Source: Coriobacteriaceae bacterium (GTDB lineage: Bacteria; Bacillota_I; Bacilli_A; RFN20; CAG-826). From it: 64,000 bases of DNA. This document shows positions 49,699 through 59,189 of this stretch, one piece after another. The stretch spans positions 1,084 to 65,083 of the forward strand of contig CAVDXG010000004.1 in the NCBI GenBank assembly GCA_963612925.1. The letters are read 5' to 3'. The notes under the pieces were generated by a model that was given only the letters and a program-made list of their open reading frames with translations, had not been told where the DNA came from and made no database searches. Position 1 is the stretch's first letter. The number at the start of each line of letters is the position of its first letter. Made by a program: the position numbers and the translations under genes.

Positions 49699-50941
49699 TA
49701 ACGAAATGAAGATTTCCTCGATTATTGAGGCTTCTTTTGTTCGTCGCATCGTCGCATCCGCGATTGATTTTTTACTGGCTATCTTTGTTTGGTTTACTCT
49801 TTTGATGCTTGTGATGTCGCCAATTGCTAATTCGACGATGAACTATTCTAAGAAGATGTCACTTGGGCTAAATTATCAAATCGCCACCCATCTATATGTT
49901 TATCAACAGCAAGAAGAAAACGGCGATATTTCCACGATTGAAGTGAAAGATTTTACTGAAAAGGTGAATCTAACTTTGACTAGTGAAGTAATCTCGTTAA
50001 CTAAACTGAGCGATTTTACGCCTAACTATTATTTTGAGCATCTTCGCTATTATTACCGTTCTTTCTTAACTGGTGAAAACGTTGAACTGCCTAACAATAC
50101 ATCAACTAAAAGTTATGATATGGTAGAAGACCATTATGTCTCAGCTGATTATAAAAATCTTGTAGGCGATTCTAATAAATATCCTTCTGAATATTATACA
50201 GAGCGATATTTTAACGAAAATATCCTTAAAGTTGAGGAAGATGGAAGTGCATATTTTTCAGTTAATTCATTAGATGAAATCGCCTCTATTAAAGAAGGAG
50301 TCGATGAAACTGAAGCTAAAAAATATCTCATCAATTTGATATCTAGTGCCAGTAGCGACTTCTATTCTCGAAACTATTTTGTATCGCTAAATAATGAACT
50401 CAAACGTATTCAATTATTTATGATTTTAGTCCCATATGCTTTTGTGATGGGCATCTTTTATCTGTTGTTTCCAATGTTATTAAAAGATGGAGTAACTCTT
50501 GGTAAACGCTTTATGCATATTTCTATTATCGATAAAAGCGGTTATGCCGCGAAAAAAAGACAGATACTTTTCCGCTTCTTCGTTTTTCTATTTGAATTAT
50601 CATTCTGCCTATTTGTGATCGGCATCGGCACGACAAGCTTCATCACTTTAGGAGTTGGTCTAACTATTTTGATGATATTTACGCTTATAAATAAAGATAA
50701 AAGAGCGCCACATGACTACGCTGCTCACACTCTTGTCATCGATGCGGATAAATCGGTGTTCTTTAAAAACGCTGATGAGGAAAGAAAAGCGGAAATAGAA
50801 CTGCAAGCTAAACTAGATAAATATAAATCCCAAAAAGTTGAAAACAACAACATCATTCAAGTTGGTTCAACGATTGTAAACGAGAAAGTTAAAGAAGAAT
50901 TTTTAGCTTCTAAAGAATCAGAAAAGAGCGAAAAAGAATAA
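49661..50941 (+). CDS. RDD-family membrane protein with a large extracytoplasmic insertion (paralog 2)
   Basis: About 426 aa. VRRIVASAIDFLLAIF...PHDYAAHTLVID. The ATG at 49661 follows AAGAGGAG and overlaps the paralog 1 end. It shares blocks with paralog 1 (YY..FLTGEN, ..NENIL). Confidence 0.75.
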   Translation: MAEKSLNLDTKSDNEMKISSIIEASFVRRIVASAIDFLLAIFVWFTLLMLVMSPIANSTMNYSKKMSLGLNYQIATHLYVYQQQEENGDISTIEVKDFTEKVNLTLTSEVISLTKLSDFTPNYYFEHLRYYYRSFLTGENVELPNNTSTKSYDMVEDHYVSADYKNLVGDSNKYPSEYYTERYFNENILKVEEDGSAYFSVNSLDEIASIKEGVDETEAKKYLINLISSASSDFYSRNYFVSLNNELKRIQLFMILVPYAFVMGIFYLLFPMLLKDGVTLGKRFMHISIIDKSGYAAKKRQILFRFFVFLFELSFCLFVIGIGTTSFITLGVGLTILMIFTLINKDKRAPHDYAAHTLVIDADKSVFFKNADEERKAEIELQAKLDKYKSQKVENNNIIQVGSTIVNEKVKEEFLASKESEKSEKE

Positions 50942-50956
50942 AATATTGCACTTTTG

Positions 50957-50993
50957 AGGGGATTTTAACTCAAATTGAAAATCCCTTCTTTTA
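50957..50993 (+). terminator. Rho-independent terminator after the RDD pair
   Basis: AGGGGATTTT, loop, AAAATCCCT, followed by TCTTTTATT. Confidence 0.7.
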
Positions 50994-51019
50994 TTAATAA
51001 AAGCGCTTTCTTTTTTTAA

Positions 51020-51049
51020 TTGGAGATTAGAATATATCTATGTTAAAAT
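51020..51049 (+). promoter_or_regulatory. Predicted promoter of the ABC/nuclease operon with an extended -10 (TTGGAG, 18 nt, TGtTAAAAT)
   Basis: -35 at 51020-51025, TG at 51041-51042 and -10 TAAAAT at 51044-51049. Confidence 0.55.
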
Positions 51050-51100
51050 TTCCGTGTAGTAAACAGCTACGTAATTTACACCATAGGAGGTATTAACTAC

Positions 51101-52642
51101 ATGGAAGTAAGAATCGAAAATCTTACGAAAACCTTCGTCGGTCGAAAAGGTGTTAAAACAACTGCTGTAAGTCAAATGTCTTTCACTATACCTGACGGCA
51201 AACTCGTCGGTCTTTTGGGCCCATCTGGCTGCGGTAAGTCGACAACCCTTTACATGATTGCAGGTTTGCATAAACCGACTGACGGTCATATCTGGTTTGG
51301 CGATGAAGATGTTACAAACTTACCCCCTGAAAATCGTGGAATTGGTTTAGTCTTCCAAAACTATGCTCTATATCCTCATCTTTCAGTTAGGCAAAACATC
51401 GAATTCCCTCTAGACAATGTTCGCTTTCCTGGCCCTTTTGGCGAAGAAAACAATAGAATCGCCAACATCAAGCATGACCAAAAACAAACGCTCGCGGATT
51501 TAAAAGCCAACGAAAAAGCGATTGTTAAAGCGAATAAACAAATTGAGAAATGTACAGCTCGATTAGAAAAAAGTGGAGAGCTTCTAGATGAAGAAGAAGC
51601 AACTCATCTTAACGATTTAGTTACTTTGTCTAAAGAAACTATTGCTGAATCAGAAGAAAGAGTCGCCTCACTTCATAAGCGTTTAGAATATCTTGAAGGC
51701 GAATTAGCCAACGCTTTACAAGCCCTTGAAGATGCAAAAGTTGCCTTTGAAGAACTAAAATTGAGCGATCCTGAAGCAGCTGCTTTAAAAGCGAGAACTC
51801 GCCTTTCTAAACAAGATAAAGACGCCATCGCATTAGAGATGGCTAATATCGTCGATATTGTGCCTTATCTTGATCGCAAACCAAAAGAGCTCAGCGGTGG
51901 TCAACAACAACGTGTGGCGATTGCTCGTGCACTTGCGAAAAAACCTCGCGTCTTACTTCTTGATGAACCTTTATCAAACTTAGATGCTCGTCTTCGTTTA
52001 CAGACTCGTGAAGAGATTAAACGAATTCAACGTGAAACAGGAATTACGACAGTCTTCGTCACTCACGACCAAGAAGAAGCTATGTCAATTTCTGATACCA
52101 TCGTCGTCATGAAACTTGGTGTCATTCAACAAATTGACGAACCTCAAAAGGTTTACGAAGAACCAGCTAATCTTTTCGTTGCTAAATTCTTAGGATCTCC
52201 TGCTATCAATGTTTTCGACGGCGAAATTAAAGGTGGAAAATTATATCTTAACAATGCTTTATTTGATGCTGATCCAGTTTATAAAAAAGAACATGTTTTA
52301 CTACTTGATGAAGAAGTTGAAGAAACTCTTGAAACTGGTGAAGTCGTTAAAAAGACTATTCAAGTTGAGAAGAGACTTAGCGACCGCAAAGTCAAAATTG
52401 CTGTCCGTCCAGAAGCTTTCGTCTACGATGAAAAAGATGGACGTATCAGCGTCGATGTCGATCAAATTGAAAACATTGGTCGAGACATCAACGTTGTTGG
52501 CTCTATCACCAATCAAAAAGAAAATAGAGTCAAAATCATCATTCCTAGCGAACTCCGCAATAAGATTTTAGGTAAAGATGTACTCAAATTCTCTCAAAAA
52601 CGCTTCTATGTCTTTGAAGAGAGTGGTGAAAGGATTAAATAA
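51101..52642 (+). CDS. ABC transporter ATP-binding protein (MalK/UgpC/MsmK type) with an approximately 125-aa coiled-coil insertion
   Basis: Walker A GPSGCGKST, Q-loop FQNYALYP, signature LSGGQQQRV, Walker B LLLDEPLS and a C-terminal TOBE-like region. 513 aa against roughly 370 for canonical members. Confidence 0.92.
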   Translation: MEVRIENLTKTFVGRKGVKTTAVSQMSFTIPDGKLVGLLGPSGCGKSTTLYMIAGLHKPTDGHIWFGDEDVTNLPPENRGIGLVFQNYALYPHLSVRQNIEFPLDNVRFPGPFGEENNRIANIKHDQKQTLADLKANEKAIVKANKQIEKCTARLEKSGELLDEEEATHLNDLVTLSKETIAESEERVASLHKRLEYLEGELANALQALEDAKVAFEELKLSDPEAAALKARTRLSKQDKDAIALEMANIVDIVPYLDRKPKELSGGQQQRVAIARALAKKPRVLLLDEPLSNLDARLRLQTREEIKRIQRETGITTVFVTHDQEEAMSISDTIVVMKLGVIQQIDEPQKVYEEPANLFVAKFLGSPAINVFDGEIKGGKLYLNNALFDADPVYKKEHVLLLDEEVEETLETGEVVKKTIQVEKRLSDRKVKIAVRPEAFVYDEKDGRISVDVDQIENIGRDINVVGSITNQKENRVKIIIPSELRNKILGKDVLKFSQKRFYVFEESGERIK

Positions 52643-52665
52643 CTTAAGTTATTTGCTTAAAAATT

Positions 52666-53802
52666 ATGTTCAAGAAAAAAGAAATTCAAACTGAACAATT
52701 AGCAAATGAACAATTAGTTGTGAATGCCGACGGCTCTTTAGCTAGCGATGCGACAAAAAAACGTCTCATCTCTAAAAGACGCCGCGTGAGCTTGCCTCAA
52801 TGGGCTACCGCTTGGCTTGTCTTGATACCAGCGATGATTTTCCTAGTGATGTTTATGTTTTATCCAATTCTAAACACCTTCTTCATGGCTTTCATTCAAG
52901 ACTTCAGATGGTCAGTCGGTGCCGGTAGTTTTGCCTTAGGAAATTTCATCTCTTCTTTGGTAAATCGAAACGCCAACTTCACTGATCCTTCTTTTGGCTT
53001 TAACAATTTTGCGATTGTCTTCCAGGATTCTGTATTTCCTAAGACAATTCTTAACACTGTTGAGCTAGTCGTCATTGAAGTTCCTCTCACAATTATTATT
53101 GCTTTACTAATTGCGACATTCCTTAATTCAATTAAGGCTTTGCGAGGCTTATTTCAAACCATTTTCTTCTTGCCATATGTTACAAATACAATCGCTCTTG
53201 GATTAGTATTCTCTATACTTTTCTCTAACGGTTCAGGCGGTATCGTCAACATCATCTTAAAAGGATTATTCAATGTTGATCCAATTAACTGGTTGTCGCG
53301 ATTTACTACCGATACTCAAGGAGCGGCCTCTAGATTCCATCAAGGTGTTGTTATTGTTACCTATGCAATTTGGAATGGTTTAGCTTTTAAGATTTTAATC
53401 TTCATGTCGGGCTTAGCTACGATTGATAAGCAGTATTATGACGCTGCTAAAATTGATGGTTCCTCAAGCTTTACGATTTGGCGAAGAATCACTCTTCCAT
53501 TATTAAGTCCTCAAATTTTATACATTACCATCACATCCTTTATCGGTGCCTTCAAGATGTATACAGGTGTTCTATCTGTCTATTCATCTCAACCAGCCTT
53601 ATCAACTGGTCTAGATAACTTTGGTGGTGCTAAAGGTAAAGAATGGATGCCAATCGTTGGCTGGATTTATGAACAACTTCGTTCTCCTGAAGGTCAACTT
53701 CAACCAGGTGTTGCGGCAGCTGGCTCAATTGTTTTGCTTTGCATCATCTTATTTATCACGCTCGTGCAATTTGCTGTAAGCAAAAAACGAGTCCATTATT
53801 AG
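52666..53802 (+). CDS. ABC transporter permease (MalF/UgpA-like)
   Basis: 378 aa, multi-TM, with the EAA-type loop DAAKIDGSSSFTIWRRITLPLL. Confidence 0.9.
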   Translation: MFKKKEIQTEQLANEQLVVNADGSLASDATKKRLISKRRRVSLPQWATAWLVLIPAMIFLVMFMFYPILNTFFMAFIQDFRWSVGAGSFALGNFISSLVNRNANFTDPSFGFNNFAIVFQDSVFPKTILNTVELVVIEVPLTIIIALLIATFLNSIKALRGLFQTIFFLPYVTNTIALGLVFSILFSNGSGGIVNIILKGLFNVDPINWLSRFTTDTQGAASRFHQGVVIVTYAIWNGLAFKILIFMSGLATIDKQYYDAAKIDGSSSFTIWRRITLPLLSPQILYITITSFIGAFKMYTGVLSVYSSQPALSTGLDNFGGAKGKEWMPIVGWIYEQLRSPEGQLQPGVAAAGSIVLLCIILFITLVQFAVSKKRVHY

Positions 53803-53817
53803 AAAGGAGTTAACAAA

Positions 53818-54768
53818 ATGGCAGAACACGCGATGTACTTTAAAGATGATAGTGAATATCGTCGTTATCGTATAAAATTTGTTATTAAAAAAGTTCTCGT
53901 ATATTTATTTATTACGATTTTTGCTTTGTTCATGTTACTTCCTTTCGTCTTCATGATTGTTGCATCTTTTATCGATGCGAACGAATTTATTCTTTTCTCA
54001 GCAACTGGTGATTTCTCTAAATTAGGCTTTGAGAATTGGACGATAGATAACTATAAGACGATTTTCTCACCTGTTTATGAAACAGCTGGAACTCAACTTA
54101 CCCGTCCTTCCTTTGCTCAATATTTCTTAAACACCTTTATCGTTGCTATAAGTTCTACTTTAGTCACGATTGTAACAGCGGTTTTAGCTTCCTTTGCTTT
54201 CGCTAGACTTGAATTTAAAGGAAAGAATTTATTGTTCACCTTGCTTCTTGCAACGATGATGATTCCTGGGGAAATGATGGTTATTACTAACTATCAAACT
54301 ACTATTCAACTTGGATGGAAGTTCACTTTCGCGGCCTTGATCTTTGTTCACGGCGTGAGCGTATTCTATATCTTCTATCTAAGACAAACTTTCCAACAAA
54401 TTCCAAACGAATTATATCTAGCCGCGAAAGTCGATGGCGTTAGCGACATTGGCTATCTATGGAAAGTCATGATTCCAATTGCGATGCCAGCGATTATGAC
54501 AATTGTCATTCTTTCGCTCATGGGAAGCTGGAATAGCTACGTTTGGCCAACACTAGTTGCTAACGGTTATTGGAAATACAACAAATCTTACGATATGAAA
54601 CTCGTCTCTAACGGTCTTATGTCTTTATTCTCCTCGACTCAAGGTCAAGGAAAAGACGCCGTTAAGATTGCTGGTTCCATGGTCGTTACAGCCCCTCTAT
54701 TTATCTTCTTTATCTGCTTTAGAAAATACATCATGCGTGGTGTATCGCGAAGCGGAATTAAAGGTTAA
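53818..54768 (+). CDS. ABC transporter permease (MalG/UgpE-like)
   Basis: 316 aa, multi-TM, with the EAA-type loop LAAKVDGVSDIGYLWKVMIPIAMP. Confidence 0.9.
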   Translation: MAEHAMYFKDDSEYRRYRIKFVIKKVLVYLFITIFALFMLLPFVFMIVASFIDANEFILFSATGDFSKLGFENWTIDNYKTIFSPVYETAGTQLTRPSFAQYFLNTFIVAISSTLVTIVTAVLASFAFARLEFKGKNLLFTLLLATMMIPGEMMVITNYQTTIQLGWKFTFAALIFVHGVSVFYIFYLRQTFQQIPNELYLAAKVDGVSDIGYLWKVMIPIAMPAIMTIVILSLMGSWNSYVWPTLVANGYWKYNKSYDMKLVSNGLMSLFSSTQGQGKDAVKIAGSMVVTAPLFIFFICFRKYIMRGVSRSGIKG

Positions 54769-54814
54769 TATGGTATTATCGCTTAGGCGTTAATATAAAT
54801 TGAAAGGAGAATTT

Positions 54815-56344
54815 ATGCATAGAAATGCAAAAATTACTACCGCAGTTATTCTAGGTGCTCTCATTGCGGGAGGTGCATCTGGCTGTGGAGCGAGTGCTGA
54901 CCTCATTCTTTGGACAGGTTTCGGTGCTGCATACACGCAAATGCTCAATAGCACATTGGTCACTCCTTATAATACCGATGCCGGTATTGTAATTGAAAAC
55001 CAAAGCCAAGGATCATACGATAAACTTCAATCAAACATTAATAACTCCATTTCAACACAGAGTTATCCTAATTTTGCTAATGGTTATCCAGATCACTTTG
55101 CTGGCTATATTAAGAGCAACATTCAAGTTCCTCTTGATGATTATATTGCTGCTTATGATAAAGAACATGGCACCAATTTAATCGCTGACTATTATCCAGA
55201 ATATATGACCGAAAACACCACGCTTAAATATAAAGCTGATGGCACAGGTTATATCATGGGGCTTCCATTTAATAAGTCTACCGAAGTCATGGGTTACAAC
55301 GGATACTTTATGGAATATGCCAAAAGCGTCGATTCTTCGATTAAAGTTCCTGAAACATGGGACGAATGGAAAGTAGAAGGACCTAAGATGCTTAAAGTCA
55401 TGGAAAATCTTTATGGCAAATATTTATTCGGCACAGTAGATGCCTCTGATCCAGATAAGATTTCTAATTTTGAAGTTATGGATTCAGCAACTGGTCCAGA
55501 TGGTAAAGAATTACTACTTGATTGCTCAACAGTTACCAAAGATCGTTTCCGACTCTTAAGCTGGGATAGCTCTGATAACATGTTCATCACTATTGTTAGA
55601 CAATGGGGTGGCGAATACACAAGCTATACATCTGAAGACGCCAAAAAATATCAACACGGTTGGGCAGAATTTGCCAGCGGTGAAAATCGCGAGAAAACAT
55701 TAGAAGCTCTCAACTATTTCCTCGATTTATATAACAATGGTATCTTTGGTTTACCAGGAAATATTTCCGATAGCTCATATTCTTCAACGGCTTTCAAAGC
55801 CAATCAATGCATGTTCACCATTTGTTCATCTGGTGGTTTAAGCTACAACATCGGAACCTTTAGATTTAAAGTTGCTCCAATTCCTTACAAAGATGCTGAT
55901 AAGAAATATGTCATCTCACAAGGAACTAGCTTAGGACTATTTGATCAAGATAGTGAAGAAAAGCAACAACAAGCTTTCAATGCGATGGTGGCTTTTACAA
56001 CTGGTGACCTCCAAGGTGCTTGGGCGGCTGAAACTGGTTATTATCCAGCTAGCAAATCTGCGACTAACAGCGCAGTTTACCAAGAATTAATCAATGGTAC
56101 CGCTAGCATCGATAATGAAACCAAGAGAACTTATATGGAATCAGCTCAACTCAACGAAAATTATTACATGAACTCAGAATCTGGCTGGAAGAAATTCGTC
56201 GATCCAGGATTCGTTGGTTCATCAGTTATTCGAACTGAAGTTGGCACCATTATGGGTATCGTCTTGGCTAAAGAGAAAACACCTGAGACAATTCTCGATG
56301 AGAGTATTGCTACATTAGCTAACTACGACCCAACTAAAAAATAA
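54815..56344 (+). CDS. Extracellular solute-binding lipoprotein of the ABC transporter
   Basis: ATG after AAAGGAG. Signal peptide plus lipobox (LIAGGASGC). About 509 aa with SBP family-1-like composition. The substrate is unknown. Confidence 0.8.
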   Translation: MHRNAKITTAVILGALIAGGASGCGASADLILWTGFGAAYTQMLNSTLVTPYNTDAGIVIENQSQGSYDKLQSNINNSISTQSYPNFANGYPDHFAGYIKSNIQVPLDDYIAAYDKEHGTNLIADYYPEYMTENTTLKYKADGTGYIMGLPFNKSTEVMGYNGYFMEYAKSVDSSIKVPETWDEWKVEGPKMLKVMENLYGKYLFGTVDASDPDKISNFEVMDSATGPDGKELLLDCSTVTKDRFRLLSWDSSDNMFITIVRQWGGEYTSYTSEDAKKYQHGWAEFASGENREKTLEALNYFLDLYNNGIFGLPGNISDSSYSSTAFKANQCMFTICSSGGLSYNIGTFRFKVAPIPYKDADKKYVISQGTSLGLFDQDSEEKQQQAFNAMVAFTTGDLQGAWAAETGYYPASKSATNSAVYQELINGTASIDNETKRTYMESAQLNENYYMNSESGWKKFVDPGFVGSSVIRTEVGTIMGIVLAKEKTPETILDESIATLANYDPTKK

Positions 56345-56354
56345 TAAATAATTT

Positions 56355-57917
56355 ATGAAAAACAAATCGTGGACACTGTTACTGGCTAGCCTTGCTTCAA
56401 TTGCAAGTTTATCCTCTTGCGGAAGTGATATTTACGCCACTCCCTTGACGGATGAGTTAAAGCTCAGCGAAACTTTTAGCGAAACTGATATCTTTACTTC
56501 GCCTAGTGATGGCGTCCACGCGATTGGTGAAATTACTATCTGCAATGTCGTCGATGGAGATACATTTGATTTCTACAATGGAAAAGATGTTGACACCAAA
56601 AAGACTAAAGATATTAGTTACACCGTTCGCTTAAACGGCATTAACACACCTGAAAGTACCGCAAAAATTGAACCATGGGGTGTTAAAGCTAGCCAATATG
56701 TGAAATCAATTCTTTGGGATTCTATTAACGAAAAGCAAAAACCTTACAGCGTTGTTCTAATTAACGATGTTGCTACTTATGGGCAAATCGATGGAACAAG
56801 TGAACGCTATATCGGCTTTGTTTGGTATAAGATGACTGAAGATTCTGATTATCGATTATTGAATTTAGAAATTATCGAACAATGCTATTCACTTAATTTA
56901 TTGAATGCATATTCAGATTATTGTCCATATTATTCTTCCTTTGTTGAAGCTGCTCGTATCGCTAAACAAAGTGGAAAAAGAGTAAATGGCGAAAAAGATC
57001 CTGATTATGATTACACCGATAAAATTTGGGATGTCACGATTCGATATGTTCGCGAAAATTATCAAGCTCTAGGCGTTTCTGATACCGATGATAGCGAATC
57101 ATCTAGTTCCGGAAATAGACTTAGAGTTACCGCTCTTATACTAGGCTTCAGCGGAGATAATCTCTTTCTTAGAGATGTTAAAGATCCGGATAGCGATGGA
57201 CAATATGCTTCCATTTATGCTTATACTGCTTTAACAGTTACCGCTGCTGCTAAGACATTTAAAGTTGGACAAATTGTTACCTTAGTTTGTAAGGCGACAA
57301 AATATAAAAACAATGTACAATTAACTGATGTTAAGAATGTTACTACCAGTCGAAGCGACGATGACAAAATCAAAATTGTCTTCGATCCAAGAACTGTGGT
57401 TCGTAAAATTACTGGTAATACGACCTTAGCTAACATCAGTCAAGAGCAATGGGATGATGCAGATATTTATAAGCAAATTAAAGATGCAGCAGCTGAACTC
57501 GGCTATGGCTATGATTTAAATGCTTATGATTGCGTCGATACCTTCAATCAAATTAGCGATATTTCTTCATTTGATAATTACTTAGGTGGATTTTTGAAAA
57601 TCAAAGTCACTGTTCGCAAAGGCGATGAAGATGATCAAAAACCTACGATGAATGAGCAAACTGAAGACTATTTCCGTTACGATAGCGATGGTAAAAGTTT
57701 GACATTCTTTGCCAAGACTTCTTCTGGAGTGAAAATCTCTTTAAGAAGTGTTGACTATGGACTTGGTTATTTCGGTAAGGACAACTTTGAAGTTGACAAA
57801 TCTTATTATGTTATTGGTCAACTTGCACGTCATGAAAAAACATATCAACTAGTTTTTGTTAATAGAAATCTAGTTTCTCCTGCTAAAGGAAATGGATATG
57901 TTGTTCTTGCTGAATAG
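56355..57917 (+). CDS. Lipoprotein with a staphylococcal (thermo)nuclease-like domain and a C-terminal beta-rich domain
   Basis: Lipobox LASLSSC. SNase blocks VVDGDTFDF, VRLNGINTPES, EPWGVKASQYV and ERYIGFVWY. 520 aa. Confidence 0.85.
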   Translation: MKNKSWTLLLASLASIASLSSCGSDIYATPLTDELKLSETFSETDIFTSPSDGVHAIGEITICNVVDGDTFDFYNGKDVDTKKTKDISYTVRLNGINTPESTAKIEPWGVKASQYVKSILWDSINEKQKPYSVVLINDVATYGQIDGTSERYIGFVWYKMTEDSDYRLLNLEIIEQCYSLNLLNAYSDYCPYYSSFVEAARIAKQSGKRVNGEKDPDYDYTDKIWDVTIRYVRENYQALGVSDTDDSESSSSGNRLRVTALILGFSGDNLFLRDVKDPDSDGQYASIYAYTALTVTAAAKTFKVGQIVTLVCKATKYKNNVQLTDVKNVTTSRSDDDKIKIVFDPRTVVRKITGNTTLANISQEQWDDADIYKQIKDAAAELGYGYDLNAYDCVDTFNQISDISSFDNYLGGFLKIKVTVRKGDEDDQKPTMNEQTEDYFRYDSDGKSLTFFAKTSSGVKISLRSVDYGLGYFGKDNFEVDKSYYVIGQLARHEKTYQLVFVNRNLVSPAKGNGYVVLAE

Positions 57918-57944
57918 CTATATAACTTTTTGAAAGGAAAATTT

Positions 57945-59171
57945 ATGAAAACAAAAAGAGTTATTGGATTATTGCTCGGTTGCTTAACCATGAGCATTCT
58001 AACATCATGTGGAAATCCTGAAGAGGAACAAAAGGCTTTAGCTAAAGTCATTGATGGCGGTATCGCATCATCGTTTAGTTCTGGTACTCCACTTCTCGCT
58101 CAAGATGGTGATCAAAAAAATGAAACCTCGATGACAGGCGATGAGAACGAATCTTTAAGCGTCACCTCAAAGCAAATCACCAAAGTTAATGGAAACCAAT
58201 ACACTGTTAATTTTGAATGGAAATGGGACAATCAATTCAAGGATGTAATTTCCATAAGAGATCTTAAAGATGATGAATATCATAAACACTTATGCTTCAA
58301 TTATCCTGGCATTGACGAATCTGATTTAAGCGTTACCTTCAAAGTTGTGGCAAAATGTGGCTCTCAATCCACCGAAAAAACATTTAATGTTTTATTAACC
58401 CACACAACACTTAAATATGATGATGTCTCTATTTCTAGTTTATACAAGACAAATGCGGCTGGCACTAACTTCGAAATCGTCGATGAAACAACTGGCTACA
58501 TTAAGGCCAATTACAATCAAAAATATTATTATGTTTCTGTATCTGGAAAAGTAATTTATGTGGCTGTCGATAAGAACTGGGCTTTAATTGCTAATGGCAA
58601 AGATGTTCTTCAACTCTACCGTGTTGATGAAGCTAACGATAAAGACCTTGTTGAAGTCGGAAACTATGTCAAAGTTTTTGGCGATATGTCTAATGGTTAT
58701 GGCAACCTTCAATTAGCCTATATTAGCAAAGTTGAATTGCTTAGCGATCATAGTGCTATTGCTGATTTAGTCGAACAAGAAGTTCCAAATGGCTTAAACA
58801 ATAAAAGTGATGCAGGATTTAAATCCTTCTTCTCTGGCATTTCTAATGCAGTTACAACTTTCACTGGAACTGCAAACGCTAAAATTACTTTCTCTGGAAT
58901 TGTCCGTGCAACTTTAAAATTAAATCTCGATGGCGCTGATGGAAACTTCATCACAATTGCTTATGACTACCACTCTGGTACTCCTGATAAATCAACTTTA
59001 AATGAAACCGGAACAGCTTATAAAACTATTTTCGATCAAGTTGTAAAAGGTACAAAAATTAAAGTTAGAGGAACATTGCGCTGGTCTGACGCTAGTGGCA
59101 ATAATACTATCAGCGCGAATGGTAGCTGGACAATTACTCCATTTGACGTAACTGACATTTCTCTTGCCTAA
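57945..59171 (+). CDS. Lipoprotein of unknown function, last gene of the operon
   Basis: ATG after AAAGGAA. Lipobox MSILTSC. About 408 aa. It has a segment resembling OB-fold modules of secreted nucleases (YVSVSGKVIYV...VGNYVKVFGDMSNGYGNLQL). That similarity is only an inference. Confidence 0.7.
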   Translation: MKTKRVIGLLLGCLTMSILTSCGNPEEEQKALAKVIDGGIASSFSSGTPLLAQDGDQKNETSMTGDENESLSVTSKQITKVNGNQYTVNFEWKWDNQFKDVISIRDLKDDEYHKHLCFNYPGIDESDLSVTFKVVAKCGSQSTEKTFNVLLTHTTLKYDDVSISSLYKTNAAGTNFEIVDETTGYIKANYNQKYYYVSVSGKVIYVAVDKNWALIANGKDVLQLYRVDEANDKDLVEVGNYVKVFGDMSNGYGNLQLAYISKVELLSDHSAIADLVEQEVPNGLNNKSDAGFKSFFSGISNAVTTFTGTANAKITFSGIVRATLKLNLDGADGNFITIAYDYHSGTPDKSTLNETGTAYKTIFDQVVKGTKIKVRGTLRWSDASGNNTISANGSWTITPFDVTDISLA

Positions 59172-59189
59172 TTAAGTACATATTAAATT

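Noticed and set aside
51038-51289. An 83-aa minus-strand ORF overlaps the start of the ABC ATPase gene.
   Set aside because: It is antisense to the Walker A region and the predicted promoter. It is a shadow ORF.
11613-57944. Longer N-terminal extensions appear in the ORF track (starts at 11613, 25096, 27457, 34841, 44139, 49637, 54800 and 57930).
   Set aside because: In each case a downstream ATG is preceded by a well-spaced SD and yields the conserved N-terminus or signal peptide. The extension overlaps an upstream gene, a terminator or a leader.
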